From assembly GCA_038063415.1 (NCBI GenBank), contig JBBTVD010000002.1, forward strand, positions 792 to 64,791: a stretch of DNA of 64,000 nucleotides, given 5' to 3'. The notes under the pieces are model-generated. The model was not told the origin of the DNA and made no database searches. It saw nothing but the letters and a program-made list of their open reading frames with translations. The translations under genes were made by a program, and so were the position numbers. Below, piece after piece: positions 27,207 to 36,646 of this stretch (position 1 is the first letter of the stretch; every line of letters begins with the position of its first letter). Origin of the DNA: Patescibacteria group bacterium. GTDB lineage: Bacteria > Patescibacteriota > Microgenomatia > Levybacterales > UBA12049.

Positions 27207-29000
27207 TCACTTGAGAGGGTTTTCTGGCTCTTCATGTTGTTCAGAGGTAATCAACCATCTATCACAGAATGTTACTTCATCCATTTGCTCAATCGCAAAA
27301 TCTGAGAAGGTATGATTATTTTTCCAGGGCATCATTTCTACTCCACGACAAAGATTGCCATTGATCACTTTATAAATATGCCCTGAATCTGCTCGGTCAA
27401 AGATATAATACGAAGCTTTTGCTTTGCTCAGACAACTTTTTCGAGTAGTGGAAACGATATAGGTCACTGTCGGCGCTGCTTTTTGTGGACAGACATTGGT
27501 AAAGGTAGCTGAGTCGATGGTATAATTCCCCTTCAGGAATTCCTCCTTTTGTTTGGTCAGCAGACTCGTTTTTTTTTGCGGATCACTGTAAAAAATTGTT
27601 TCCAGATACACTTCTCTTGGAGAATCATCAATCACTATCACAGGGAAGCCCTGGGCTGTCTCAAAAGAAACATATTTGGCAAGCGCTCGCTGGCTCGTAT
27701 AGAAATTTTCTTGACCCAAAATTGGCAGACGAAAGAAATAGAAGTAGAGAAAATTGAAATACCCAAAAGACATGATACCTATCAGTATCACGGCAAAAGC
27801 TTTTTTATATACAGCTTTCGGCATAAGCTTATAAAAAACAAACATGCCATATGCGCAGAGAACGATCAGTAAAGGGAGTAACATAAAGGATCGAGTGATG
27901 ATGGCTTCTGATTGCGCACTCACGGCCGAAGGAAGAGGGACAATGAGAATCAATGCCAGTAAAGAGAAAAACGTGATGCGATTTTTCCTGGCAAGAGAAA
28001 AGATTGCAAAAACAATAAAGACACATTCATACCAATAAAAGAGTCCATGATAGTGATAGCTAAGAACAGCTCTGGGGTCACCCGTTATAAATAAGTGCAA
28101 TGGAGAAATCACGACAAAATAATTCTGTGCCATTAGTCGCAAAGATTCAGTACCTTTATTAATAAAAAGTGAAGAAAAAGGAGAAAGAATAGACTGCGTT
28201 CTGAATTCATTGACGTATTTGGTGAGCAGCTCAGAGTTCAGAAAGATAATGTCATCGGCTCTGCCAGTGATGATAGAACTGGAAATCAAGAGATTTTCGA
28301 GTGCATAGATGCAAAGGAATAAGACCATTGCGATGGCAAAAGTAATTTCATCATGGAGAGGAGCTTTCTCTTCTTTTTTTTGCTGCATGCGATACACAAG
28401 ACAGATGAGAATAATTGGTAAGAAAAGAAGCTTGGCTCCATGATAGGAAAAAAAGCCAAGAACAAAAGCCAGAAAAGCAAAGAGCAATTTGTAGCCATGT
28501 ACTCGTAACAATAAGATTATTCCAAGCAAATAAAAGAACAATGCAAAGGAGGTCTCTACCGCAAAATGGGAGAGGAAGTAAGCCCACGGATTAATCAAAA
28601 AAAGTATCGCAGCAAGGTAGGCAACCGATTTCTTTTTGAAAAGTAGATACGCGAAATATCCTACTAAGCCACTTATTATACAGGTGAGAATTACATAGGG
28701 AATACGGACAGTTTCATGAGAGAGAGGGAAAATCATCCATAAGGGAGAAAGGAGCAACGGTGCAATGGGACTAATTTCTCCCAATGTCCCTGTCTGAAGA
28801 AGTGACAGAGGAAACGGCGTCCCGGAAAGATCTTCTCCAAAAAGTGCATATGTTTTACTACTGAGAGAATACTCTATCTCGTCATGACTCACCCCCGGGG
28901 GAAGCATCGTAACCCACAAAAATTGCGTGGCAAGCAACACAACAAAGACTAGAAAGATAAGGACTTTCTTCATAGATTTCTCTATTATAAAGAGTTTCAC
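27207..29000 (-). CDS. ArnT/PMT-like GT-C membrane glycosyltransferase (divergent paralog)
   Basis: 597 aa. N-terminal TM followed by LPPGVSHDEIEYSLSSKTYALFGEDLSGTPFP (DE loop motif), then many TM helices and a C-terminal soluble domain. Confidence 0.55.
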   Translation of the reverse strand: MKLFIIEKSMKKVLIFLVFVVLLATQFLWVTMLPPGVSHDEIEYSLSSKTYALFGEDLSGTPFPLSLLQTGTLGEISPIAPLLLSPLWMIFPLSHETVRIPYVILTCIISGLVGYFAYLLFKKKSVAYLAAILFLINPWAYFLSHFAVETSFALFFYLLGIILLLRVHGYKLLFAFLAFVLGFFSYHGAKLLFLPIILICLVYRMQQKKEEKAPLHDEITFAIAMVLFLCIYALENLLISSSIITGRADDIIFLNSELLTKYVNEFRTQSILSPFSSLFINKGTESLRLMAQNYFVVISPLHLFITGDPRAVLSYHYHGLFYWYECVFIVFAIFSLARKNRITFFSLLALILIVPLPSAVSAQSEAIITRSFMLLPLLIVLCAYGMFVFYKLMPKAVYKKAFAVILIGIMSFGYFNFLYFYFFRLPILGQENFYTSQRALAKYVSFETAQGFPVIVIDDSPREVYLETIFYSDPQKKTSLLTKQKEEFLKGNYTIDSATFTNVCPQKAAPTVTYIVSTTRKSCLSKAKASYYIFDRADSGHIYKVINGNLCRGVEMMPWKNNHTFSDFAIEQMDEVTFCDRWLITSEQHEEPENPLK

Positions 29001-29103
29001 TTACCTTCTGTCAATACATGAGATTACTATAATCAATACTCCTTCCACTACATCGGGGATGAATTAGGCTTGTGTTTATCCCTCTAAAAGCTACTTTTTG
29101 TTT

Positions 29104-29122
29104 TTGTCAATGTTCTTGACAA
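29104..29122 (+). promoter_or_regulatory. Perfect 7-bp inverted repeat TTGTCAA-TGTTC-TTGACAA upstream of 29168 gene (candidate operator / -35)
   Basis: Read directly. Same TTGTCAA/TTGACA palindrome type as at 22571-22612. Confidence 0.3.
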
Positions 29123-29167
29123 CTGTGTCATCGTAGAGAGAATTTTATTCATATAATATATAGGAAT

Positions 29168-30862
29168 GTGGCCAATATGAATAGATTTATCTCCCGGTAT
29201 TATTTACTGATCCTTATACTTATCTTCGCTACATTTTTACGTTTTTGGCTACTCGGACAAGTTCCTGCAGGGCTACACGAAGATGAAGCAGCATATGGCT
29301 ACAATGCCTACTCCCTTCTTCTGACGGGTAACGATGAGCATGGAAAATCCTTTCCGATAGTACTCGAATCATTTGGGGAATACAAACCTGCGTTATATGC
29401 ATATCTTACGATTCCATGGATTGTAGTTTTTGACCTCACTCCCTTTGCTGTTCGTGCTACGTCAGCACTTTTTGGAGTTTTTTCTATTATTATGGTCTAT
29501 TTACTTGCAAAAAAACTGTTACAGAACACAACGATAGCGCTTATCGCGGCGGGTATGATTGCTCTTTCTCCCTGGCATTTGACGCTCTCAAGGACGACAA
29601 GTGAAGTAGTTGTCTCGGTATTCTTTCTTTTGGTATTTGTCTATGCGGCGCTTTCATTAAAAGATACCTTTAATAAATGGTGGCTAATTACCGCAGTTCT
29701 TACTGGTATATTGGCTGTAGAAAGTTATACAGCCGCTCGTTTCTTTGTTGTTGCACTCGCTGCTTTAGTTTTTGTATTTTCATTCAAAAAAACACAGAAA
29801 AAGATACTCATTAACTGGACATTATTTTCTTTGTGTCTGTTTTTTATTGTGATGGGGTTAATTATCAGCACGTTGGATTCAGCTACTCGGTTTAATCAAA
29901 TCAGCATTGTCTCCACGCCAGAAACAAAATTAGTTCTGGAAGAGCAGATACGGGAAGATGACCAAACTGAACCTTTAATAACTCGTTTTTTCCATAACAA
30001 AGTGTTAAATTATTCACGGACATTTATTGAAAACTATGAAGATTACTTTACCATTGATTATCTTTTTTTGAATGGCGGAAGTCCTGTACGGGTAGATATC
30101 CCACAAAGTGGTTTACTCTATTCCTGGCAGTTTCCCTTTTTGCTTCTTGGTATATACGTTATAGTACGTCAGCGGATATCTTGTGGATATTTCCTTTTTT
30201 CCTGGTGGCTTTTACTGCTTTTTCCAGCTGCATTCACCTTTCATGAAATACCAAATATCTATCGGTCTTTGATTGTCTTGCCAGCGCTTCTTATGATACT
30301 TTCCCTGGGAATGTATCATTGTGGGAAATATGTTTTGGAAAAGAAAGGTCATCTTTTCTCTATTGCATCTATTCTTCTTTTACTATTTGTTATATCTTTG
30401 GAATTTATCTCTTTCCAACATCAATACTACATCCATCAAGAGAAGCATCAACCTTGGTATCGAGGATATGCATTTAAAGAACTGACAATAGCTTTGCAGG
30501 AATTATCCCCAAAATACAAAAAAATGATAATAACCAAAGGAATCGGAGGCGCTTACATTTCCCTTCTCTTTTATAGAAAATATGATCCTTTGACCTATCA
30601 ACAGGAGGGGTCTCCTGGGTACGATGGGTTTGACACCTATACTTTTGTTCCTATTGATTGCTCACTTAACGCGGGGGAAAAGGGTGAAGGGAAAGTAAAA
30701 GGGGAAAAGGGTGTTTTATATGTAGATCGTGGAGATTGTATCCTGGCAAAAAAAGATGTCAAAGTACTCAAAACAATTTATTGGCAGGATGGAAATCCTG
30801 CGGTTAGATTATTAGAATATATCCCCTCAAAAGCGGTATTGCCCCCTTTCAGGGATATCTAA
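29168..30862 (+). CDS. ArnT/PMT-family membrane glycosyltransferase, paralog 3
   Basis: LRFWLLGQVPAGLHEDEAAYGYNAYSLLLTGNDEHGKSFPIVLESFGEYKPALYAYL. Confidence 0.7.
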   Translation: MANMNRFISRYYLLILILIFATFLRFWLLGQVPAGLHEDEAAYGYNAYSLLLTGNDEHGKSFPIVLESFGEYKPALYAYLTIPWIVVFDLTPFAVRATSALFGVFSIIMVYLLAKKLLQNTTIALIAAGMIALSPWHLTLSRTTSEVVVSVFFLLVFVYAALSLKDTFNKWWLITAVLTGILAVESYTAARFFVVALAALVFVFSFKKTQKKILINWTLFSLCLFFIVMGLIISTLDSATRFNQISIVSTPETKLVLEEQIREDDQTEPLITRFFHNKVLNYSRTFIENYEDYFTIDYLFLNGGSPVRVDIPQSGLLYSWQFPFLLLGIYVIVRQRISCGYFLFSWWLLLLFPAAFTFHEIPNIYRSLIVLPALLMILSLGMYHCGKYVLEKKGHLFSIASILLLLFVISLEFISFQHQYYIHQEKHQPWYRGYAFKELTIALQELSPKYKKMIITKGIGGAYISLLFYRKYDPLTYQQEGSPGYDGFDTYTFVPIDCSLNAGEKGEGKVKGEKGVLYVDRGDCILAKKDVKVLKTIYWQDGNPAVRLLEYIPSKAVLPPFRDI

Positions 30863-30912
30863 AGGGTGGCTGGAAGAATTACAAGGGGTAGGCATTTGTA
30901 CGCTTATAGGAA

Positions 30913-31167
30913 ATGATGTATAATAAATGTATGGCTCATCAAATTCTCCCACCATATATTACACAATATTTTTGGGGAGATAACCTCACACAGCTTGACT
31001 TGGAGAAAAATCAAAAATATATTATAGAAACACTTCTTGAAAGAGGAGATAGTCATGCGCTACATTGGTTGTTCTCACACGTTGATAAACAAACAATAAT
31101 TCATTTTTTGCCCAAGTTAAAATTAGGTAAAAAATCAGAACATTTCTGGAATATCTATTTTGCTTAA
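30913..31167 (+). CDS. Small protein, possible cognate antitoxin partner of the downstream AbiEii-like gene
   Basis: 84 aa, overlaps the next gene by 8 nt. No recognisable family by eye. Confidence 0.3.
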   Translation: MMYNKCMAHQILPPYITQYFWGDNLTQLDLEKNQKYIIETLLERGDSHALHWLFSHVDKQTIIHFLPKLKLGKKSEHFWNIYFA

Positions 31168-31792
31168 TATGCAACTCTACACAGATACTTTGCCGAAATC
31201 AACAGCAGCTGTTCTTGAGAAGATCAAGGGAATAAATAAATTAAAAAGTTTTTATTTAAGTGGAGGGACAGCCCTTTCCTTGCAACTTGGTCATCGAGAG
31301 TCGGAAGACTTAGACTTCTTTATACAAAATACCTTTAATCCTGAAGTGCTTCAACAAGAGCTTCTACAACAAGGCAAATTAGAGCAGGTAATGATTGATG
31401 AAGGCACCTTGAATGCATTTATGGATAGTGTAAAATTGCAGTTCTTATTTTATCCATATGACTTACTCGAAAAATCGAAAGAATGGAATGGTATTTATCT
31501 TTCTTCAGTGATTGATATTGCTTGCACAAAATTAGTAACTGTTTCTATGCGTGGCAGTAAAAAAGATTTTATTGACATATATGTTATTTTACAGAAGGTA
31601 TCCTTAGCTGATTTATTTCAGAAGCTACATGAGAAATACAAAAATGTTGGGTATAATGAGCCTCATCTTTTAAAATCACTCGTTTATTTCGATGATGCAG
31701 ATGTACAACCTATGCCCAAAATGCACATCTCTCTTGAATGGGAAACAGTTAAAAATTTTATAGTTAAGGAAGTCAAAAAGATCACTTTTTGA
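31160..31792 (+). CDS. Nucleotidyltransferase, AbiEii/DUF1814-like (type IV TA toxin family)
   Basis: FYLSGGTALSLQLGHRESEDLDFF fits the GG[ST]AL...R.S.D[IL]D nucleotidyltransferase motif of AbiEii. Confidence 0.65.
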   Translation: MLNMQLYTDTLPKSTAAVLEKIKGINKLKSFYLSGGTALSLQLGHRESEDLDFFIQNTFNPEVLQQELLQQGKLEQVMIDEGTLNAFMDSVKLQFLFYPYDLLEKSKEWNGIYLSSVIDIACTKLVTVSMRGSKKDFIDIYVILQKVSLADLFQKLHEKYKNVGYNEPHLLKSLVYFDDADVQPMPKMHISLEWETVKNFIVKEVKKITF

Positions 31793-31796
31793 TTAC

Positions 31797-32525
31797 TTAC
31801 TTTTCCTTTTTTCTTCCTCTCTGATATATTGCAGTAGCAAAATGGTCAAAAATAGGCATTAACTTTTTATCCATATTAGGATGACATTGAGCGCCAAAAC
31901 AAAAGACTCCTTCAGCCTCGATAAATTCAACAACGCCCATTGGTGATAGACCTGAAATTTTCATGCGGTTTCCAGGATTTCGAATACCTTGATGATGTAA
32001 TGAATTAACGTCTTTTAGTAATTCTGTTTGAAAAATTTCGTATGCTTTTGTCCCAGGTTCGATAAGGATATCGTGATAAGCAATTTTTTTCGAGGCATCT
32101 TTTTCCTCTATAGAAACACCGTGGATTTCTTCAGGGAATGCTTCCGGAAGATGTTGATAGAGATCCCCACCTGATGCTACGACGAGCAACTGAGCGCCTC
32201 GACAAGTGCCTAAAATAGGCTTGTCTTCACTGATAGCTTCCTCAATTGATTCCGCTTGTATTTCATCAAGCAGGTCATTGATCCCCGATGTCTTCGGATG
32301 AAGAGATTGACGATATCTGTTAGGATTGACGTCCCCTCCACCGGGAATGAAAAGACCACTTACTGAACGGTGCATTTGATCACGGTCTCTTTTGGGGGTA
32401 TCCAACGCTATGAAAACCGGTACAAGCCCAACTTCTTGCAAAGCCTGAGCACAATGAACCTCATCCAAAGTTCGCCGCTTTGGATCAGAATGGATTGCAT
32501 GCATAAGCACTCTTGGTCTTTCCAT
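31797..32525 (-). CDS. Class-I glutamine amidotransferase-like hydrolase (peptidase C26 / gamma-glutamyl hydrolase PuuD-like)
   Basis: ILGTCRGAQLL (Cys nucleophile), SLHHQG, and AQCHPN near the C-terminus. Start taken at MERPRVLM (ATG at 32523-32525) rather than the ORF-track 32612. Confidence 0.65.
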   Translation of the reverse strand: MERPRVLMHAIHSDPKRRTLDEVHCAQALQEVGLVPVFIALDTPKRDRDQMHRSVSGLFIPGGGDVNPNRYRQSLHPKTSGINDLLDEIQAESIEEAISEDKPILGTCRGAQLLVVASGGDLYQHLPEAFPEEIHGVSIEEKDASKKIAYHDILIEPGTKAYEIFQTELLKDVNSLHHQGIRNPGNRMKISGLSPMGVVEFIEAEGVFCFGAQCHPNMDKKLMPIFDHFATAIYQRGRKKEK

Positions 32526-32608
32526 GACACAGGTTTGCTTGGCGGATATCTTTCTTATATATCTCCTAATAGAGAAAAGCAAGTAGTGATTTTTAAAGCT
32601 AACCCTGT

Positions 32609-33019
32609 TCACTGCTTAAAGTACTTCGGAAATGTATACGATAAGGTTTTTGGATGGATAATGCCAATACCAGCATATTCTTTGAGAGCAAGAAGGTCTT
32701 GATCCAAGCTTACAATGAGGTCTGCCTTTCCGGAAACAGCACATGCAAGAATCTTTGTATCATCGGGATCACGATTAAAAATTATTGTGTCGGTTACTTC
32801 TATGACATCAGCGATTTGTTTTATCTTCAGTATAAAAAATGTTGTTTGTTCTTTTGACCAATGAAATTTTGTAAGCAATTTTTTCTGAAGCTCCGTGAGG
32901 ATTTCTGGAGAAGTCAATAAAACAACAATTTTTTGATCAGCGAGTGAAATGATGTCTTGCGCAAATCCGCCTCGTAGTGCTGCGGCGATAAAGACATTAG
33001 TATCAAATACAATTCTCAT
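32609..33019 (-). CDS. PIN-domain toxin (VapC-like)
   Basis: MRIVFDTNVFI...DPDDTKILACA...ADLIVSLDQDLL: acidic residues in the PIN pattern. Confidence 0.7.
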   Translation of the reverse strand: MRIVFDTNVFIAAALRGGFAQDIISLADQKIVVLLTSPEILTELQKKLLTKFHWSKEQTTFFILKIKQIADVIEVTDTIIFNRDPDDTKILACAVSGKADLIVSLDQDLLALKEYAGIGIIHPKTLSYTFPKYFKQ

Positions 33020-33243
33020 CCCGCAATTTTTTCAATATCATCGTATGATTCAATACCCATTTTTCTCGTCGTTTCATCTCCCCATCTTCGGACTTTTGAC
33101 CAATCTCTCTGGAATTGATAGACACGAAAAGCCTCCCGTAAGAGTTCGCTGATTGTTTTATCTTCTTCGGCTGCAAGGTCTTTAATTTTTTTCTCCAATT
33201 GAGCTGGTACAGAAATATTAATAATAGATCGTTGTAAACTCAT
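33016..33243 (-). CDS. Ribbon-helix-helix antitoxin (VapB/CopG-like) for the PIN toxin
   Basis: 75 aa, 4-nt overlap with the PIN gene. ...ISVPAQLEKKIKDLAAEE... is typical of RHH. Confidence 0.55.
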   Translation of the reverse strand: MSLQRSIINISVPAQLEKKIKDLAAEEDKTISELLREAFRVYQFQRDWSKVRRWGDETTRKMGIESYDDIEKIAG

Positions 33244-33334
33244 ATCTGTAATAAATTGTATTACAAGAAGAGGCTGTTGTCAACTCTTTTCCCTTGTTTC
33301 TTCCTCTTTTGGTCTGGTACAATATGAGGACTTT

Positions 33335-34318
33335 ATGAATATTCTTGTCACGGGTGGAGCAGGGTATATCGGGAGCTTTATGGTTAAGCGTCTGATCGAT
33401 GACGGACACACCGTTATCGTAGCAGATAGCCTGGAGCGTGGACAGGAGAAAGACATCCATAAGAAAGCCATCGTCAAAGTAGGGGATCTGGCAGACAAAA
33501 CCTATCGTGACTCACTCTTCAAAGAAACGGCAATTGAAGCAATTATCCACTTTGCAGGCTACATCTCTGTTGGGGAATCTATGGAGAGCCCCTATAAATA
33601 CTTCCACAACAATGTCGCAGCAACCCTTGATCTGATCGAAGACGCCCATCGTGCTGGGGTAAACAAGATTATCTTTTCTTCCTCGGCTGCTGTCTATGGG
33701 AATCCGACACAGATCCCCATCCCGGAAGATCATCAGAAGCAACCAACGAGCGTCTATGGAGAGAGTAAACTGATGGTTGAAGATATGCTCCGTTGGTACG
33801 GGGTAACCAAAGGACTGAATTCGGTGTCACTACGTTACTTCAATGCTTGTGGCGCAGCACTCGATGGGAGTATGGGAGAAGCACATGAGCCAGAAACGCA
33901 TATCATCCCTCGAGCAATTCAGTCTCTTTTGGAAGGCAAACCGTTCACTATTTTTGGGGAGGACTACAAGACGCCTGATGGGACATGTGTCAGGGATTAT
34001 ATCCATGTCCTTGATCTGGTTGAGGCGCACGTCGTTGCTTTGAAAAAACTGGAATCAACTGAGGGAGCTTTGGCCTACAACGTAGGGACAGGCAAAGGCT
34101 ACTCCAATAAAGAAATCGTGGCAATGATTGAACAGGTCTCAGGGCAAAAAGTATCAGTTACCTTTGGTTCACGACGAGCAGGAGATCCCGATGAACTGGT
34201 TGCAGATGTATCCAAGATAAAAAACGAGTTGGGTTTTGAAGCCAAGCACTCTGATCTTAAAACCATTATAGAGTCAGCCTACACCTGGCACAAGAACCAA
34301 GCAGAATACGTTTCATGA
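33335..34318 (+). CDS. galE: UDP-glucose 4-epimerase
   Basis: MNILVTGGAGYIGSF Rossmann motif, YxxxK (YGESK), 327 aa, strong overall GalE pattern. A candidate extended -10 TGgTACAAT lies just upstream. Confidence 0.85.
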   Translation: MNILVTGGAGYIGSFMVKRLIDDGHTVIVADSLERGQEKDIHKKAIVKVGDLADKTYRDSLFKETAIEAIIHFAGYISVGESMESPYKYFHNNVAATLDLIEDAHRAGVNKIIFSSSAAVYGNPTQIPIPEDHQKQPTSVYGESKLMVEDMLRWYGVTKGLNSVSLRYFNACGAALDGSMGEAHEPETHIIPRAIQSLLEGKPFTIFGEDYKTPDGTCVRDYIHVLDLVEAHVVALKKLESTEGALAYNVGTGKGYSNKEIVAMIEQVSGQKVSVTFGSRRAGDPDELVADVSKIKNELGFEAKHSDLKTIIESAYTWHKNQAEYVS

Positions 34319-35364
34319 AGGTTGCAATTGACATTTCCCCGTTACAATCAGGACATAAAGTACGTGGTGTAGGATTCTATCTGCACTACCTCAAAGCATC
34401 TTTCCTCAAGTATTTCCCTGAGCATGACTATACTTTCTTTACGGATACGAAAGAAATTCCTGCTGACGTAGACTTGGTACATTATCCTTACTTTGACCCC
34501 TTCTTTCTGACGTTGCCACTGGTAAAGAAACATAAAACAGTAGTGACGGTACATGATCTGACGCCACTGGTCTTCCCAGAGCATTTCCCAGCTGGAATCA
34601 AGGGGACGCTGCGTTGGCAACTACAAAAAATGCTACTACGCCAAGTGGACGGGGTAATTGGGGATTCTGAAGCATCACGAAAAGATATTATCAAGATTGC
34701 AGGTGTGGATAAAGAAAAAGTATTCTCTGTCTATTTGGCAGCAGGAGAAGAGTTTAAAAAAATGGAAAATGGAAAATGGAAAATGGAAATTTTAAAAAAG
34801 TATAATCTTCCTAAAAAGTTCGTCTTATATGTGGGAGATGTTACCTGGAATAAAAATCTTCCCAATTTGGTAAGAGCAGTGCAACAAGCAGACCTGCCAT
34901 TGGTAATGGTGGGGAAATCGCTTGCAACAGAGACATTTGATCACACTAATCCCTGGAACGCGAATCTGGTCGAATTTCATGAGCTGATAAAAAACGATAA
35001 GCGAATCATTCGTTTGGGATTCATCCCGACTGAAGATGTCGTTGCCCTTTATAATAGTGCAACGGTTTTTGCTTTCCCGTCACTGTATGAAGGCTTTGGT
35101 CTGCCGGTTATTGAAGCGATGCAATCTGGCTGCCCGGTTGTAACGACCAAAGGAGGTTCGCTTGCCGCGGTTGCTGGAGACGCTGCATTTTTTGTTGATG
35201 GGTATGACGTCAACAGTATTGCCGATGGCATGAATAAAGTTTTTTCAGACAAGCATATGCAACAGGATTTAATAGCAAAAGGATTAAAGCAAGCAAGTAC
35301 CTTTAGTTGGCAAAAGACAGCATCCGAGACCATTCAAGTCTACCAAAATGTGCTACAATCCTAA
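34315..35364 (+). CDS. GT4 glycosyltransferase (group 1)
   Basis: EGFGLPVIEAMQSGCPVVTT. Contains the ATGGAAA x4 heptanucleotide repeat at 34761-34788. Confidence 0.8.
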   Translation: MKVAIDISPLQSGHKVRGVGFYLHYLKASFLKYFPEHDYTFFTDTKEIPADVDLVHYPYFDPFFLTLPLVKKHKTVVTVHDLTPLVFPEHFPAGIKGTLRWQLQKMLLRQVDGVIGDSEASRKDIIKIAGVDKEKVFSVYLAAGEEFKKMENGKWKMEILKKYNLPKKFVLYVGDVTWNKNLPNLVRAVQQADLPLVMVGKSLATETFDHTNPWNANLVEFHELIKNDKRIIRLGFIPTEDVVALYNSATVFAFPSLYEGFGLPVIEAMQSGCPVVTTKGGSLAAVAGDAAFFVDGYDVNSIADGMNKVFSDKHMQQDLIAKGLKQASTFSWQKTASETIQVYQNVLQS

Positions 35365-36646
35365 TATGCGAGAGAAGGTCAAAAAAGTTGTTGGACACCC
35401 ACTTATTTCAGGCAGTGCAGTTGTTTTTGTTGGCTCACTAGCGGCAAACGTATTTAATTTTCTTTTTAACCTTTTTATGAATTGGAATTTAAGTGTAGTT
35501 GATTATGGTATTTTGATTAGTCTTATCTCGCTTACAACCCTTCCTCCAATGCTACTAACCTCAATTATTCCAACGACAGTTATTTTCGCAGCAGGTTATA
35601 TTTCTAAAAGTGAATACGATAAAGCAAAAGGATTCTATCTAAAGATGAATAATATAATCCTTCTTATAGCGAGTGTTTTTTGTTTGTTATTTATCTTATT
35701 CGCAAAAAACATTGCCGATTTTGTACATATTGAGAATAATTTTCTTTTTATTCCTTTTTCAGGGATTATTGTTTTCTTGAGCTTTATAGTGCTCGTTAAC
35801 ATGGCCTTTCTTCAGGCCAAACTTTCTTTTCGATTCATTTCACTCACGACATTTTTGGGTGGATTCATTAGATTTGCTCTTGGACTCGTGATGGTAGTTG
35901 TCGGTTTTGGGGTCGGAGGAGTGCTTGTCGGGATAATTATTACCGGAATGATTAGTTATTTGTTGAGCTTTATTCCATTGCGTACTATCTTGCAATCTCA
36001 AGCAAAACCAGTTCATGTCACCTTGAAAGAGATCGGTGGATACGCTATCCCTGCAACACTTGCTTTATTTGGTATTACGTCATTTATCACCTCAGATATC
36101 CTTTTAGTTAAGCACTTTTTTTCCTCACATGATGCTGGATTGTATGCGGGGCTAGCACTTGTTGGAAAAGTAGTCTTCTATTTTTCAGCTCCAATAGGTA
36201 TGGTGATGTTCCCGCTTGCTGTCAGAAAGTACGTGCAGCAGGAAAAATATCATATGCTCCTTATCTCCTCATTACTGTTAGTACTCATTCCTTCTTTTTT
36301 TATTACCTCTTTCTATTTTATAGCTCCAGAATTTACAATAAAATTTTTCTTTAAAAAGGAAGAATATCTTGCCATTGCTGACAAAATTGGCCTGTTTGGT
36401 GTTTATATGACTGTCTATTCTCTTCTTTCTCTTTTAACCAATTTTTACTTGTCTATTAAAAAAACGAAGGTATTTATTCCGATTTTGCTTGGTGCAATTT
36501 TGCAAGTAGTACTTCTTTGGTTTTTTCACACGTCACTCTTTCAAGTTATACTTATTTCACTTATAATTACTAGTGTTTTATTGTGTTTACTTCTCGCTTT
36601 TTTCCTAAAAACAATCTTTTTTTCCAAAACTAATTACGGTGAATAA
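35348..36646 (+). CDS. Wzx-like flippase / polysaccharide biosynthesis membrane protein (second copy)
   Basis: 432 aa, about 12 TM helices. Confidence 0.6.
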   Translation: MCYNPNMREKVKKVVGHPLISGSAVVFVGSLAANVFNFLFNLFMNWNLSVVDYGILISLISLTTLPPMLLTSIIPTTVIFAAGYISKSEYDKAKGFYLKMNNIILLIASVFCLLFILFAKNIADFVHIENNFLFIPFSGIIVFLSFIVLVNMAFLQAKLSFRFISLTTFLGGFIRFALGLVMVVVGFGVGGVLVGIIITGMISYLLSFIPLRTILQSQAKPVHVTLKEIGGYAIPATLALFGITSFITSDILLVKHFFSSHDAGLYAGLALVGKVVFYFSAPIGMVMFPLAVRKYVQQEKYHMLLISSLLLVLIPSFFITSFYFIAPEFTIKFFFKKEEYLAIADKIGLFGVYMTVYSLLSLLTNFYLSIKKTKVFIPILLGAILQVVLLWFFHTSLFQVILISLIITSVLLCLLLAFFLKTIFFSKTNYGE

